Below, one piece after another: positions 40,292 through 49,238 of a stretch of DNA of 64,000 nucleotides. Location of the stretch: the IMG/VR virus record IMGVR_UViG_3300032282_002092, positions 1-64,000 of that record; one strand, 5' to 3'. This stretch comes from a virus. How positions within the stretch are numbered: the first letter of the stretch is position 1; every line of letters starts with the position of its first letter. Position numbers and translations under genes: made by a program. The notes beneath the pieces were generated by a model that saw only the letters and a list, made by a program, of their open reading frames with translations, was not told the origin of the DNA and searched no databases.

Positions 40292-40819
40292 TTAAACATC
40301 AAGTCTAATGACTTGTAGTGTTTGATAAACTTCTGTATCGGCAATGTCAGAGGGTCCAAATTTATATGCAGAAAATTGTAGTTTACAATCACTTGTCCCG
40401 TCATCAATCAACTGAACGGTACCTGAAAGACCAATTTCCATAAAAGAGAATTCAGAATAAGCCGTATTTATAAACTCTACATAGTTACCCGTTCCAGTTT
40501 GCTGCGTGTTGGGAATCAATGCAGAAATACTAGGGGTTGTGTAGGCAAACAGTGCTACGTCTTTAGCGGTGTCTGTATACAAGTACCAATTAAAAGTATA
40601 CATTCCCGGTGGAACTATTAAATTTCCACTATCTATATACCATCCGTTTGGAATATACATAGCATCAGGATTATAATCATCAAGTGGATTATACAAACTC
40701 GTATTGGCTGACCATACATCTGGATGGTAGTCACCGTCATAAAAACATTCAGTGTCGTAAACAAAGGTGGGGTAGCGGTTGTTCCCCATTGTTGCTCCAT
40801 GTACTGACACGATACTCAT
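40292..40819 (-). CDS. putative capsid decoration protein, C1q-like (MSIxxxHG tag)
   Basis: N-terminus MSIVSVHGATM; ATGA coupling; paralog of 41181..41678. Confidence 0.7.
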   Translation of the reverse strand: MSIVSVHGATMGNNRYPTFVYDTECFYDGDYHPDVWSANTSLYNPLDDYNPDAMYIPNGWYIDSGNLIVPPGMYTFNWYLYTDTAKDVALFAYTTPSISALIPNTQQTGTGNYVEFINTAYSEFSFMEIGLSGTVQLIDDGTSDCKLQFSAYKFGPSDIADTEVYQTLQVIRLDV

Positions 40820-41184
40820 GCTGTCGGACGGGGGCCACGACCACGGCCACGGTGAACCACCGGGCTGGGAGCGCCTGCCTCTGCTGCTGCCCACGCCTGT
40901 GCCTCTGCAATGAGTTGTGCAGTGTCACAACCTGCGATATTTGCGGCATCGGCGAGGGGCAACGTACCGTTGACCACGAGCAAGGTCGCCAGAGCGCCCG
41001 TCTGATCAAGGGCCGGGTAACCCCGATATACCGTGGTATCGGGCGGTGCGGTAGTGATCTCAACACCATCGGGAAGTTCTACAAGAACAAAGCCCTTCTT
41101 TGGCGTAACCACTGCACCGGCAGGAAGCCATGCGTACCCGTTGTTACGGGGATTGGGGCGCTGGATAACGGAATAGATGTTCAT
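40816..41184 (-). CDS. hypothetical protein (possible fibre chaperone)
   Basis: ATGA-coupled on both sides. Confidence 0.6.
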   Translation of the reverse strand: MNIYSVIQRPNPRNNGYAWLPAGAVVTPKKGFVLVELPDGVEITTAPPDTTVYRGYPALDQTGALATLLVVNGTLPLADAANIAGCDTAQLIAEAQAWAAAEAGAPSPVVHRGRGRGPRPTA

Positions 41185-41678
41185 CGGTCAATCCTTGTAA
41201 CTGTCAGGTCGTGGTACACATCGGTACCGTTTTCGGTAAGGAACTCAAAGTAAGGGTTATCCCAATCAAGGCCCGGTTTTGCTGGAGCGTCAAACTTTAC
41301 AACAACAGTAAGAGTGGAATCACTGTAAGAGTTGTTGTTTTGCTGCTGTGAAGTGAGCCATTGGTTAGTGTACTCGTCATATTCAGCAAAGTACTCAACA
41401 TTATTTGCGTATATGTACTGGGTAAATTCGGTATCACCACCCCAGTGAGTGCAGTTCCACGTAACGGCGTACGTGCCCGGTTCTACAAAGAGCGTCTCCG
41501 GTTCCTCTTCATACACCCTGAATCCGCTTGGAATACTGAGAAGTTCGTACTCTGGATCCCGATCAAGCAGGTCTAACCAACCGTCATCCCTAGAATAACC
41601 GTCCCACCAAGAGTTAAAAATAAACCTAGGGTTACGGGTGTCGTACATTGACGGGCCGTGTACAGAAATAATGCTCAT
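41181..41678 (-). CDS. putative capsid decoration protein, C1q-like (MSIxxxHG tag)
   Basis: N-terminus MSIISVHGPSM; TATACT 7 nt upstream (leaderless). Confidence 0.7.
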   Translation of the reverse strand: MSIISVHGPSMYDTRNPRFIFNSWWDGYSRDDGWLDLLDRDPEYELLSIPSGFRVYEEEPETLFVEPGTYAVTWNCTHWGGDTEFTQYIYANNVEYFAEYDEYTNQWLTSQQQNNNSYSDSTLTVVVKFDAPAKPGLDWDNPYFEFLTENGTDVYHDLTVTRIDR

Positions 41679-41693
41679 AGGTATGAGTATAGC

Positions 41694-41733
41694 AAAAAAG
41701 GGCCGTGGGATGTATGTAATCCCACGGCCCTTT
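41694..41733 (-). terminator. rho-independent terminator after major capsid gene
   Basis: AAAGGGCCGTGGGAT/ATCCCACGGCCCTTT stem with a T6 tract on the - strand. Confidence 0.88.
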
Positions 41734-41751
41734 CTGATTGATATGGCTATA

Positions 41752-43038
41752 TCAGTTGGTGACCATCTTGCAGACGGCCGACTCCGTGATAAGACCCCAA
41801 CCCCAGATGGCGTACCAAGCGAGGGCGTGCTCACGACCGAAGTCAAGAACACCACCATCACGCAGTTCCACCGGGAGGCTGATGGCCTGACCGAAGGCGT
41901 TGTCACCGATCATCAGAGCCTCGTAGGCGTTGCCCTGCGGCACCCACGGCTGGCCCCACGCCGGGGTAGCGATACCGTCAACACCGGTCTGACCGTCCGC
42001 ACGACCGTCCTCGTAGGCCGCTGGAACACCGTCGGGCGTGATGAGATCCTCACGGAAATCGGCCGAGTACTGACTCGGCTCCACGGTACGTCCACCGGGA
42101 ACACCGTCCTGCGGATCATCCATCGTGGACGAAAGCGGTGCGCCGATCTGGGTCGTCTCAATGAAGACAACGTCGTTCAGACGGCCAATTTCGCCAAGCA
42201 TGAAGTTACCGGGGGCGGCGTACTTGGTGACCTCAATCCACTCAGGAGTGTCACGCAGACGGCGTGACTGGTGCGGGTGGATGAAGGCTACGTACGTCTC
42301 GCCAAGGCGAGGGATGTTCTTGGAGGCCAGAACCTCAACTGCGTCCTTCACCGTGTGCGGGTGGAGGAAGTAGTCGTCACCAGCAACAACCGCAGCAACG
42401 TCCGAGGCCGGAGTACCGGCCTCGTAGATGCCGTAGCCGGTGTTGATAGCGGACGGCTTCTGACGGCCGAACACCACCGAAGCGGCACGCTGGAGGGTCT
42501 GACGAGCCTGCGTGTCCATGTAGAGCGCCATGTTGCGACCAAGGAGACGCGAGGCCGAAGCCATAACGTCATCGAACGAAGCGTTCAGGAGCAACTCCGA
42601 AACGGCAACGCCGAAGCCCTGCTCTGCAACCGTGATGCTGTACTGGTTGGCCGTGATTGCGTTGGTACGCATACGGACACCTTCAACCAGCGGACCCGCC
42701 GGGATGGGGAGGTTGTTGTAACGCATGAAGTTGACGACCAGACCCGGCATAACGCCAAGTTCCGTCTTCTTCACGGCGAACTGCTCAAACCGCAGGACCG
42801 GCATGGACTGGAACAGGATCTCCTTAGACCAAATGGTCTGGATAGCCGGTCCCATCATGGAGGTACCAGTGGTAATGCCAGCAGCGTTACCGACACCCGT
42901 GTTGTTGAAGCCGGTGGAGGCATCATAGCCAACCGCCGACGTGTACTGACTGTTTGCACCACCGGTACCGACTCGCGTCGTACCCGTGATACCGGACGAA
43001 ACGGGCAACTGCCCGCCGAGGCCATCTCCTACGGCCAT
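41752..43038 (-). CDS. major capsid protein (HK97 fold, N4-gp56-like)
   Basis: IQTIWSKEILFQSMP.LRFEQFA, GEIGRLNDVVFIETT, DFGREH.LAWY; follows scaffold; strong codon bias. Confidence 0.93.
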   Translation of the reverse strand: MAVGDGLGGQLPVSSGITGTTRVGTGGANSQYTSAVGYDASTGFNNTGVGNAAGITTGTSMMGPAIQTIWSKEILFQSMPVLRFEQFAVKKTELGVMPGLVVNFMRYNNLPIPAGPLVEGVRMRTNAITANQYSITVAEQGFGVAVSELLLNASFDDVMASASRLLGRNMALYMDTQARQTLQRAASVVFGRQKPSAINTGYGIYEAGTPASDVAAVVAGDDYFLHPHTVKDAVEVLASKNIPRLGETYVAFIHPHQSRRLRDTPEWIEVTKYAAPGNFMLGEIGRLNDVVFIETTQIGAPLSSTMDDPQDGVPGGRTVEPSQYSADFREDLITPDGVPAAYEDGRADGQTGVDGIATPAWGQPWVPQGNAYEALMIGDNAFGQAISLPVELRDGGVLDFGREHALAWYAIWGWGLITESAVCKMVTN

Positions 43039-43075
43039 AATTTTACTCCTTGTTAGAGGTTAAGTTGATAACGGC

Positions 43076-43900
43076 CTATCGGCCCCTGTACTGGTTCCTT
43101 GCCTGAGCGAGGAGACTGTCTCGGTAGCGTTTGTACGTTTCGATGTCCATTGACCGGATGTCCTCCGGTGTCAACGATTGGTATGTCTGCATTTGCTCCA
43201 AAGGACCGACTGGCGGGGCTGTCGGAGACGCACCCCGTGGCATCGGCATTTGCTGCTGATATGTTACAGCAGATATGTTTCCAACAATTGCATTCGTACG
43301 CGCTTTTGCGTCTTCAATTGATTGGTCGATTTCCTCAATCGTGTTTCCACGAATATAGTCTCGCAGTTCGGGCAGAATTTCTTCTGCATCCTGCTGAATG
43401 CGCTCACTGCGATAGCGCTCCAGTTCGCCAAGGCGCTTCTCCATCTCGTAGACGGCCCGATCATTCTCGGACTTCTTCTCAAGTTGCTGGAAGCGATCAT
43501 TCCACTCCTGCTCCTTGCGAGAAAGGAGATCCCGAACTTCAAGTTCGGCCTCTTCCTTGCGCTTGGCTTCTGCCGAAAGACGAAGTGCCTCCTCGTCCTT
43601 CTGACGCGCGAGTTCCTCACGCTCCTTCTGCATGGCCTTGAGTTGCTCCTCCATCTGGTTCAGACGGGGGTACAACTTGTCCTTCTCCTGCTGGCGTGCC
43701 TTCTCAATATCCTCTTCAGAGAAGAATCGGCTATTGGTCGTGACCCCATTAGGAACATTTCCGTTAGTAACAACAGCCTGAATCGGCTGACTCACTGACT
43801 GTGCCGCATTCTGCGTCGGCCAGTCCATTGCATTTCGGGGCTGTGCAGGCTCCACGCCTGCGATAAATCCCGTACCAGTGTCAACTGCATTTTGACCCAT
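43076..43900 (-). CDS. capsid scaffolding protein
   Basis: Coiled-coil RQQEKDKLY; C-terminal M..ETYKRYR..LL; between portal and MCP. Confidence 0.85.
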   Translation of the reverse strand: MGQNAVDTGTGFIAGVEPAQPRNAMDWPTQNAAQSVSQPIQAVVTNGNVPNGVTTNSRFFSEEDIEKARQQEKDKLYPRLNQMEEQLKAMQKEREELARQKDEEALRLSAEAKRKEEAELEVRDLLSRKEQEWNDRFQQLEKKSENDRAVYEMEKRLGELERYRSERIQQDAEEILPELRDYIRGNTIEEIDQSIEDAKARTNAIVGNISAVTYQQQMPMPRGASPTAPPVGPLEQMQTYQSLTPEDIRSMDIETYKRYRDSLLAQARNQYRGR

Positions 43901-43974
43901 TTTTCACCTTTTTCTAAACAGTACGTTGTCCGGTAACTCAAATGTATAGCACATTTTGCGCCATTGCACCGGTA

Positions 43975-45642
43975 TTACGGATTTGAAGAATCAAAATCCA
44001 CGGTTTCCGGTGGGATAGGCTGATAAGCAAGTGTAAATAGTTCCTGAGCAAGTGCGGGATCGACAACCGGCGTAGGCCCGACCGGATTGCCATTTTCATC
44101 TACTTGACCGGGTACCACGAGTGGTTGACCGTCGGGGGTCATACCGGTTGCCTGCATGATGAACTGTGCGATTTGGCTCTGGATAAGTTGCAGGGCACCC
44201 TGCTCCTTGGAATCCTCAACCAACTCTTCAAAGATTTCTCGGACCTTCTGATCTGGGAACTGAACCCCAAGATCACGAAGCGCTCCACGCTTGGACTCCA
44301 GACCCATAGCCATCTTTGCCTGAATCTCGTTGATCTTGACGAACACGTCCATCGGGAGTGGTGAGGGCCAGTCGATGTAGGTCCGGTAACTCGTGGAGTC
44401 ACGGGGATCAAGTTCGGGATACTGCCCCGGCTTCAGCATGGCCCCAGAAATCATGGGGTTATAGATCGACTTCTCAGGTGCGTACAGGAAGACGTGCTTC
44501 ATAATGAGACGGTTGATTGTCTCAAACAACTTTGTATAGACGACCTTCTTGCGCTCCCATTTCAGCATCAGCGGCTGATACTGCATAGCCAGAGCGGTGC
44601 CCGACGTATTGGAGATCGGCTGTGTCTGTCCAAGCGCACCGGTAGGAACGCCGGTGAACTCGTGCATGGACTGCTTCAGCAGTTCCATGTAGCCAAGGGG
44701 ACCGGTGAAGTTGGTCTGCAACTCCAAGTTCTGGATCGTTGCGTCCTTGTTACCGATGGCCCAAACCTTCTTGGGACCCTTTTCAAGGTTCGATGCCTTG
44801 GCACCGATAATGACGGTAACCGGGCTGGCGTGGTAGTTGATCACGTCAGAGATGTTGGTGGCACGCTCGTTGTACTCACGGTTCAGGCCAATGATGTCCT
44901 GAATATCAGAGAGTCCCCAAGGGCTGGAGGCGACCGGGAAGTTCGGACAGAAGGCGACAGGAATCTCGCCAAGGGGATTGGGGCGAGCATCGATCAACTC
45001 GTCGTTGATGTACTCCTCAATCGTGTCCTCGGTCATCAGTTCAACGTAAGTGAAGACCTGACGGGTGCCGTCCTGTGCGGTGCCCCAAAACTTGTACTTC
45101 AACTTGAAACGGATCAAGCGGGTACGGTCGTGAGGGTGGAACTCGGGGAAGCAGAAAGCCGGGTTCAGTGGAAGGATACGAATCTTGCCGTTATGAGGAA
45201 TACCGGCAGCATCGACGTACGGGTCTTCCCATGCGACCTTGACGAACGAGTCACCGGAAACCGAACCCAACTGGCCGATTTCCATGATCACGTCGGCCTT
45301 GTGATTGTGGATCTCCCATACCTCTTTGAGGATGTGCGGAACAATCGCAGACGTGGCCTCGGGGCTGTGGAAGTTAACGCCCTTACCGAACGTGAAGTTG
45401 ACGAGATAATCGGAGAATGCCTTGACCCAGTTGAAGGTCAACTGCGGTTCGCCAGCCTCACGGCGATATGCCCAGTGGTGGCCCAGATACCAAGCCCAGT
45501 TAGAGGCATATCGGTTTAAGCGGGGACCGTGAACCTCAAACTCTTCATCAGCAAGTTCCACCAGTCCAAGTGGACTGATTGCGATGGTAAGATCAGACTG
45601 CGAAGCCCGGTAGGATGGAGACTGAAACGAGATGCCTGCCAC
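43975..45642 (-). CDS. portal protein (SPP1-like)
   Basis: ELADEEFEVHGPRLNRY, NPLGEIPV, NTSGTAL..QYQPL. Confidence 0.9.
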   Translation of the reverse strand: MAGISFQSPSYRASQSDLTIAISPLGLVELADEEFEVHGPRLNRYASNWAWYLGHHWAYRREAGEPQLTFNWVKAFSDYLVNFTFGKGVNFHSPEATSAIVPHILKEVWEIHNHKADVIMEIGQLGSVSGDSFVKVAWEDPYVDAAGIPHNGKIRILPLNPAFCFPEFHPHDRTRLIRFKLKYKFWGTAQDGTRQVFTYVELMTEDTIEEYINDELIDARPNPLGEIPVAFCPNFPVASSPWGLSDIQDIIGLNREYNERATNISDVINYHASPVTVIIGAKASNLEKGPKKVWAIGNKDATIQNLELQTNFTGPLGYMELLKQSMHEFTGVPTGALGQTQPISNTSGTALAMQYQPLMLKWERKKVVYTKLFETINRLIMKHVFLYAPEKSIYNPMISGAMLKPGQYPELDPRDSTSYRTYIDWPSPLPMDVFVKINEIQAKMAMGLESKRGALRDLGVQFPDQKVREIFEELVEDSKEQGALQLIQSQIAQFIMQATGMTPDGQPLVVPGQVDENGNPVGPTPVVDPALAQELFTLAYQPIPPETVDFDSSNP

Positions 45643-45721
45643 TACGCCCTCAAACTATCCGTAAATGTTGAACTCATCTTACACCCGATTTAACCACTTG
45701 TTGAACTAATTGGAGAATTCT

Positions 45722-45940
45722 GTGATTGAACTTACTGTTTCAGATGCCGCAGTAGTATTTAGTATTGTTGAGGCCTTGTCGGGGCCGCTTGACGATGCTA
45801 CATATGTGAAAGTGCTTCAGGAAGCACGCTTTGTACTTCCAAAAATTGTTGAGGCATTTGACAAGGCAGGCTTAAGTGTCCTTGATGTAGACTTGCCAAA
45901 GATCCCGCTCATAGCACCCGGTAGTAAGCACCACTGCTAA
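45722..45940 (+). CDS. hypothetical protein (counter-oriented)
   Basis: GGAG RBS then GTG at 45722; fills the gap between portal and 45937. Confidence 0.5.
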   Translation: MIELTVSDAAVVFSIVEALSGPLDDATYVKVLQEARFVLPKIVEAFDKAGLSVLDVDLPKIPLIAPGSKHHC

Positions 45941-46851
45941 CGGTAAAAGCCCTCAGGGGTTTTTCCAGTGTATGGGTCAAAGTATGCCTGACCCACACGA
46001 GTGGGACCGCTTCCTCTAGTTTCGTTTAACTGCTCAATACCGTGCTTCATGTGAACCCATGAAATCGCTTGGCTTTCTGAAGGAAGTAAGCCCATAGCAT
46101 TAGCAACAGCAGTGTAGATATTCTGCATGTGCTCATATCTAGTGACTTTTCCTGTCTTAGTTCTAAACGAGTCAATACCGCGACCCGACTCCCAAGGCCT
46201 GAGTCTGTTGGTAGCAACGTCATATGCACGTCCGTCTACCGTCAAGAATCTGGGGTCAGATGGATCGTGAATGTTATGCATAAAGTTGTACGTCTTAGGT
46301 CCGTGCATTACCGCTTCAGGATCTTCACCTTGGATGAGGCGACCGGCTGTAATTAAAGCGTGCGTTGGAGCACGAGACACGGACAGACCTTTTACATGCT
46401 CTCTAGCGCCGGGACGGTTATTAATGATGTCATCCCATTGATGCGGCTTAAGTCTTTTTAATTCATCCAGAGCGTGAATATTGCTCTCTTCCCAATCCAT
46501 ATTGGGGCTAACCGCTGCAACAAGTCCTGAGCCTGAAAGGTGAGGATCAGATGCATTCGATAAGAATCCACCGCTAACCGCTTTAGATACAGCGTCGTGA
46601 ACGCTTGGATACCAAATCTTGCCAGCAGCAACTTCACGGGGAGAAGCGTTTTCTATTGAGTGGATGACATTCGACATGGCAATATGTCGATTTGCACCGT
46701 GATCAAGGTTAACCATTGGAAAACTCCACGACATTTCTGGAGCACCACTTGGGTGGAATTTAGGTTCTCCAGCCTTTGTGTGAACTTGGTACTGATGGCC
46801 TTGCCCGCCCAATTGAGGAAACAGTAACGTCCCACGAGAAGTTTGCCTCAT
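45937..46851 (-). CDS. phage protein with predicted HhH DNA-glycosylase-like fold
   Basis: WY...AAVSP..WE.N...GPKT.NF..NI...TVD...QAISW motif chain. Confidence 0.6.
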   Translation of the reverse strand: MRQTSRGTLLFPQLGGQGHQYQVHTKAGEPKFHPSGAPEMSWSFPMVNLDHGANRHIAMSNVIHSIENASPREVAAGKIWYPSVHDAVSKAVSGGFLSNASDPHLSGSGLVAAVSPNMDWEESNIHALDELKRLKPHQWDDIINNRPGAREHVKGLSVSRAPTHALITAGRLIQGEDPEAVMHGPKTYNFMHNIHDPSDPRFLTVDGRAYDVATNRLRPWESGRGIDSFRTKTGKVTRYEHMQNIYTAVANAMGLLPSESQAISWVHMKHGIEQLNETRGSGPTRVGQAYFDPYTGKTPEGFYR

Positions 46852-47001
46852 CTATAAATCCTTTTTAATAGTGTCAACATGTTCGTATCCAAACATATAC
46901 ATGGGGGGCAACGACAGTTCTCCCGTCGCCTCAATCTCAGCGATTGCGGCCTCAAACCACTCCATGCGCTTAATTTCCTCGTTTACGAATTCCGGTGTCA
47001 A
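46852..47001 (-). CDS. small hypothetical protein
   Basis: GGAG RBS then TTG at 47001; abuts the start of 45937..46851. Confidence 0.45.
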   Translation of the reverse strand: MTPEFVNEEIKRMEWFEAAIAEIEATGELSLPPMYMFGYEHVDTIKKDL

Positions 47002-47020
47002 TTTATATGCTCCAATTAGT

Positions 47021-47815
47021 TTAACTTGTTGTACCAGTTTTTGCAGCGTTGCGCTTGTTCTGCTTGTTCTCTCGGTCCTTGCGCTTACGCTCTTCTGCCT
47101 GCTCGGGAGTCTCGTTACGCTTCTCGCTCTTGGGATAGTTCTCAAGGTCAGAAACTTCCCAGTCAGGATTACCTGCAATATATGCACGGGGATCACGTTC
47201 TACGCTGCGGCCGAAATACGTGGAGTGGGCAGCGTTGATATCGGCAAAACCGGGGTTCCCCGACCAATCTTCATACACGAGGTTATCGGCCATATTTGCT
47301 GCAATAAAATTGCGCACACGGGAAGCCTGCTTGGACGTTTTGTCATCTGGGTAAATCTTTTTGCCACTGAAGAAAGTGCCGCTTTCGTCAGGTTCAATGC
47401 CATTTTCCCTAAGGAAATCTCGAGCCGTATCAAGATTAGGGTGCCCTGAAACCCCAGTACGCTGCTGGGAAAGAATGTTATAACGCTCTAACAGACCACG
47501 GCGATAGGCGCTCTCACGCTGCGCAGCGTCATCCAAGATCAAGTTCTTGGGGACATGGGTAGGCAGACCACGTTCAAGCGCAAGTGGCTTATGGATAAGC
47601 GCATCCTCATTTGCGCCAAAGGATGTGGGATCAGACCGGTCAACCGATGCGGGCATTACGACCCCATTGGTCTTGGGACCGCCCGCAATCTTCTTGGACT
47701 TACCGGTGTCCTCGCCGTACATGCTGATTGCATCAAGGCCGCTCTGCCAGTCAACAGCACTGGGAGCAGGCTGCTGACTAACAAGCCGATAAGGCTGTCG
47801 TCTAGAACTAACCAT
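47021..47815 (-). CDS. hypothetical protein with basic C-terminus
   Basis: 264-aa ORF tiling the operon. Confidence 0.65.
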   Translation of the reverse strand: MVSSRRQPYRLVSQQPAPSAVDWQSGLDAISMYGEDTGKSKKIAGGPKTNGVVMPASVDRSDPTSFGANEDALIHKPLALERGLPTHVPKNLILDDAAQRESAYRRGLLERYNILSQQRTGVSGHPNLDTARDFLRENGIEPDESGTFFSGKKIYPDDKTSKQASRVRNFIAANMADNLVYEDWSGNPGFADINAAHSTYFGRSVERDPRAYIAGNPDWEVSDLENYPKSEKRNETPEQAEERKRKDRENKQNKRNAAKTGTTS

Positions 47816-48134
47816 TGTGGCTCCTCGGCTTCTTGAATCCCTTTGAAATGTTCACCCGCCGCTTGTTCTCCAGTACGGCAGGCATACTGATATATCTGGG
47901 CTGCAATGTGGGCGGTAACTGGTACTTCTTCAGATATTTCGTGTGTACATCAGCAAGGTGTTTCGGCACCGTGTTGAGATACTCAAATCCTCCCGGCACC
48001 CGGTCAGTCGGCTTAATGATAAACGGCTTGACATTCACCTTGGGTCGCCCCGGCATAGCCGGGGCAATGACCTTAGGGGTGAGCGGTTGGAAGTTAGTCA
48101 TCAGTCGGTAGTACCGTTTCGTAAATCGATCCAC
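47808..48134 (-). CDS. hypothetical basic, Pro-rich protein
   Basis: Tiles the operon. Confidence 0.5.
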   Translation of the reverse strand: MDRFTKRYYRLMTNFQPLTPKVIAPAMPGRPKVNVKPFIIKPTDRVPGGFEYLNTVPKHLADVHTKYLKKYQLPPTLQPRYISMPAVLENKRRVNISKGFKKPRSHNG

Positions 48135-48376
48135 GGGGTGGACTGATAACCTTTCACATTGCCCATGGCAAGGTGATGCATCAGCGCTTTATAGCGGGGT
48201 CCTTGGTGCTCAACCTGCCACTCCCACCTACTTTGATCAAGACGACCTTCCGTCGCCCTGTGTATATCGTAACCAACAGACATACCAATATCTGCAAGTC
48301 CGATATGTCGATCTACCTTGCGGTTGGGATCGTTCTCTCGGCGTGGGTGATGGTCTGGATGATATCCAATTCCCAT
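48101..48376 (-). CDS. hypothetical His/Arg-rich protein
   Basis: Starts 4 nt after the stop of 48381..48746. Confidence 0.5.
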   Translation of the reverse strand: MGIGYHPDHHPRRENDPNRKVDRHIGLADIGMSVGYDIHRATEGRLDQSRWEWQVEHQGPRYKALMHHLAMGNVKGYQSTPWIDLRNGTTD

Positions 48377-48380
48377 CAGA

Positions 48381-48746
48381 TCAATCCGTGACGTTTGCGA
48401 TGTTCGGACGGAGCAGACGGTACTCCGACCCTAACTCCAACTCAAACTCGGGCATGCCCATGCCAGCATGAGCACCGTAGACAAAGTCAGAAAGCATGGC
48501 CGGTGCCTCAATCCAAGTGGAGGAACCCATATGCACACGCTCGCGCATCGTCTCCATCGGATCCTTGATCACCGTGAACGAACGGCCACGGTTGTCACCA
48601 GCGGTGTCGCCATAAGCGCCACGGCCAAACTCAAACGGGACATCGGTATCAGTAGCGATGCCCTCCTCAAAGCGAAGGGGACCACGACGGTTGTAGTTAA
48701 CCGCAAGATCACGCTCGTACTGAACCTCGGGCGGCGGGTATGCCAT
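48381..48746 (-). CDS. conserved phage protein (portal-proximal)
   Basis: RRGPLRFEEGIATDTDVP, ETMRERVHMGSSTWIEAP; AGGAGG RBS. Confidence 0.8.
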   Translation of the reverse strand: MAYPPPEVQYERDLAVNYNRRGPLRFEEGIATDTDVPFEFGRGAYGDTAGDNRGRSFTVIKDPMETMRERVHMGSSTWIEAPAMLSDFVYGAHAGMGMPEFELELGSEYRLLRPNIANVTD

Positions 48747-48810
48747 GTTAATTCCTCCTAGAAAGGACCGGTGTTGTAACTATATCAAACTATGAAGGGT
48801 ATGTGCAAAA

Positions 48811-48957
48811 CTATTGGTGACTATTGCAAGTCCCCTTGCAGCCACATCCGCATTCCGTGGATTTGGCATTGGGGAAGTAGTGCGGATATGCAACTTGCGG
48901 TGGAGTCTTTCTCTCGCTGGAGAATCGCTGAAACACCGATGTAGGAATTGTAGTCAT
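48811..48957 (-). CDS. 48-aa microprotein ending CGCGCKGTC (not in ORF track)
   Basis: ATGA overlap with the 48954 gene; MTTIPTSVFQRF...ECGCGCKGTCNSHQ. Confidence 0.5.
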   Translation of the reverse strand: MTTIPTSVFQRFSSERKTPPQVAYPHYFPNAKSTECGCGCKGTCNSHQ

Positions 48958-49238
48958 AATGATGGCTTCTCTACAGGCAACAGTTGGGTAGTTAAAACCT
49001 TCTCTATTGATAATACCATATTCATGGGTATACCGATAACGTGGTCAACCGTGTCATTTGAGACATCGCAGGACTGTGCCAAAACAATGTGGCCGGGATC
49101 CAAGTCTGGAATAGCAAAACCTATGGAAACGATAATCCTCGGCTCTACCTCTAGGTCACTTACTTCCGTCCAACTGAAACTTGGATGTATCGCCTGAGCG
49201 TCCATCCATCGGACAACGACCATTTGAAAGTCAGTCAT
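48954..49238 (-). CDS. hypothetical protein (VxWxDA family)
   Basis: VVRWMDA...W...SIGF...IP..MV; ATGA coupling. Confidence 0.7.
   Translation of the reverse strand: MTDFQMVVVRWMDAQAIHPSFSWTEVSDLEVEPRIIVSIGFAIPDLDPGHIVLAQSCDVSNDTVDHVIGIPMNMVLSIEKVLTTQLLPVEKPSL

Noticed and set aside
41679-41906. N-terminal extensions of ORF-track calls (41181..41906, 40292..40894, 6558..7226, 29786..30973, 2454..3521)
   Set aside because: They overlap neighbouring genes or terminators; downstream starts have an RBS, translational coupling or a -10 box
41638-43056. + strand ORFs of 209 and 261 aa
   Set aside because: Antisense to the major capsid gene
44494-45519. 341-aa + strand ORF
   Set aside because: Antisense to the portal; explained by its codon bias; no motifs
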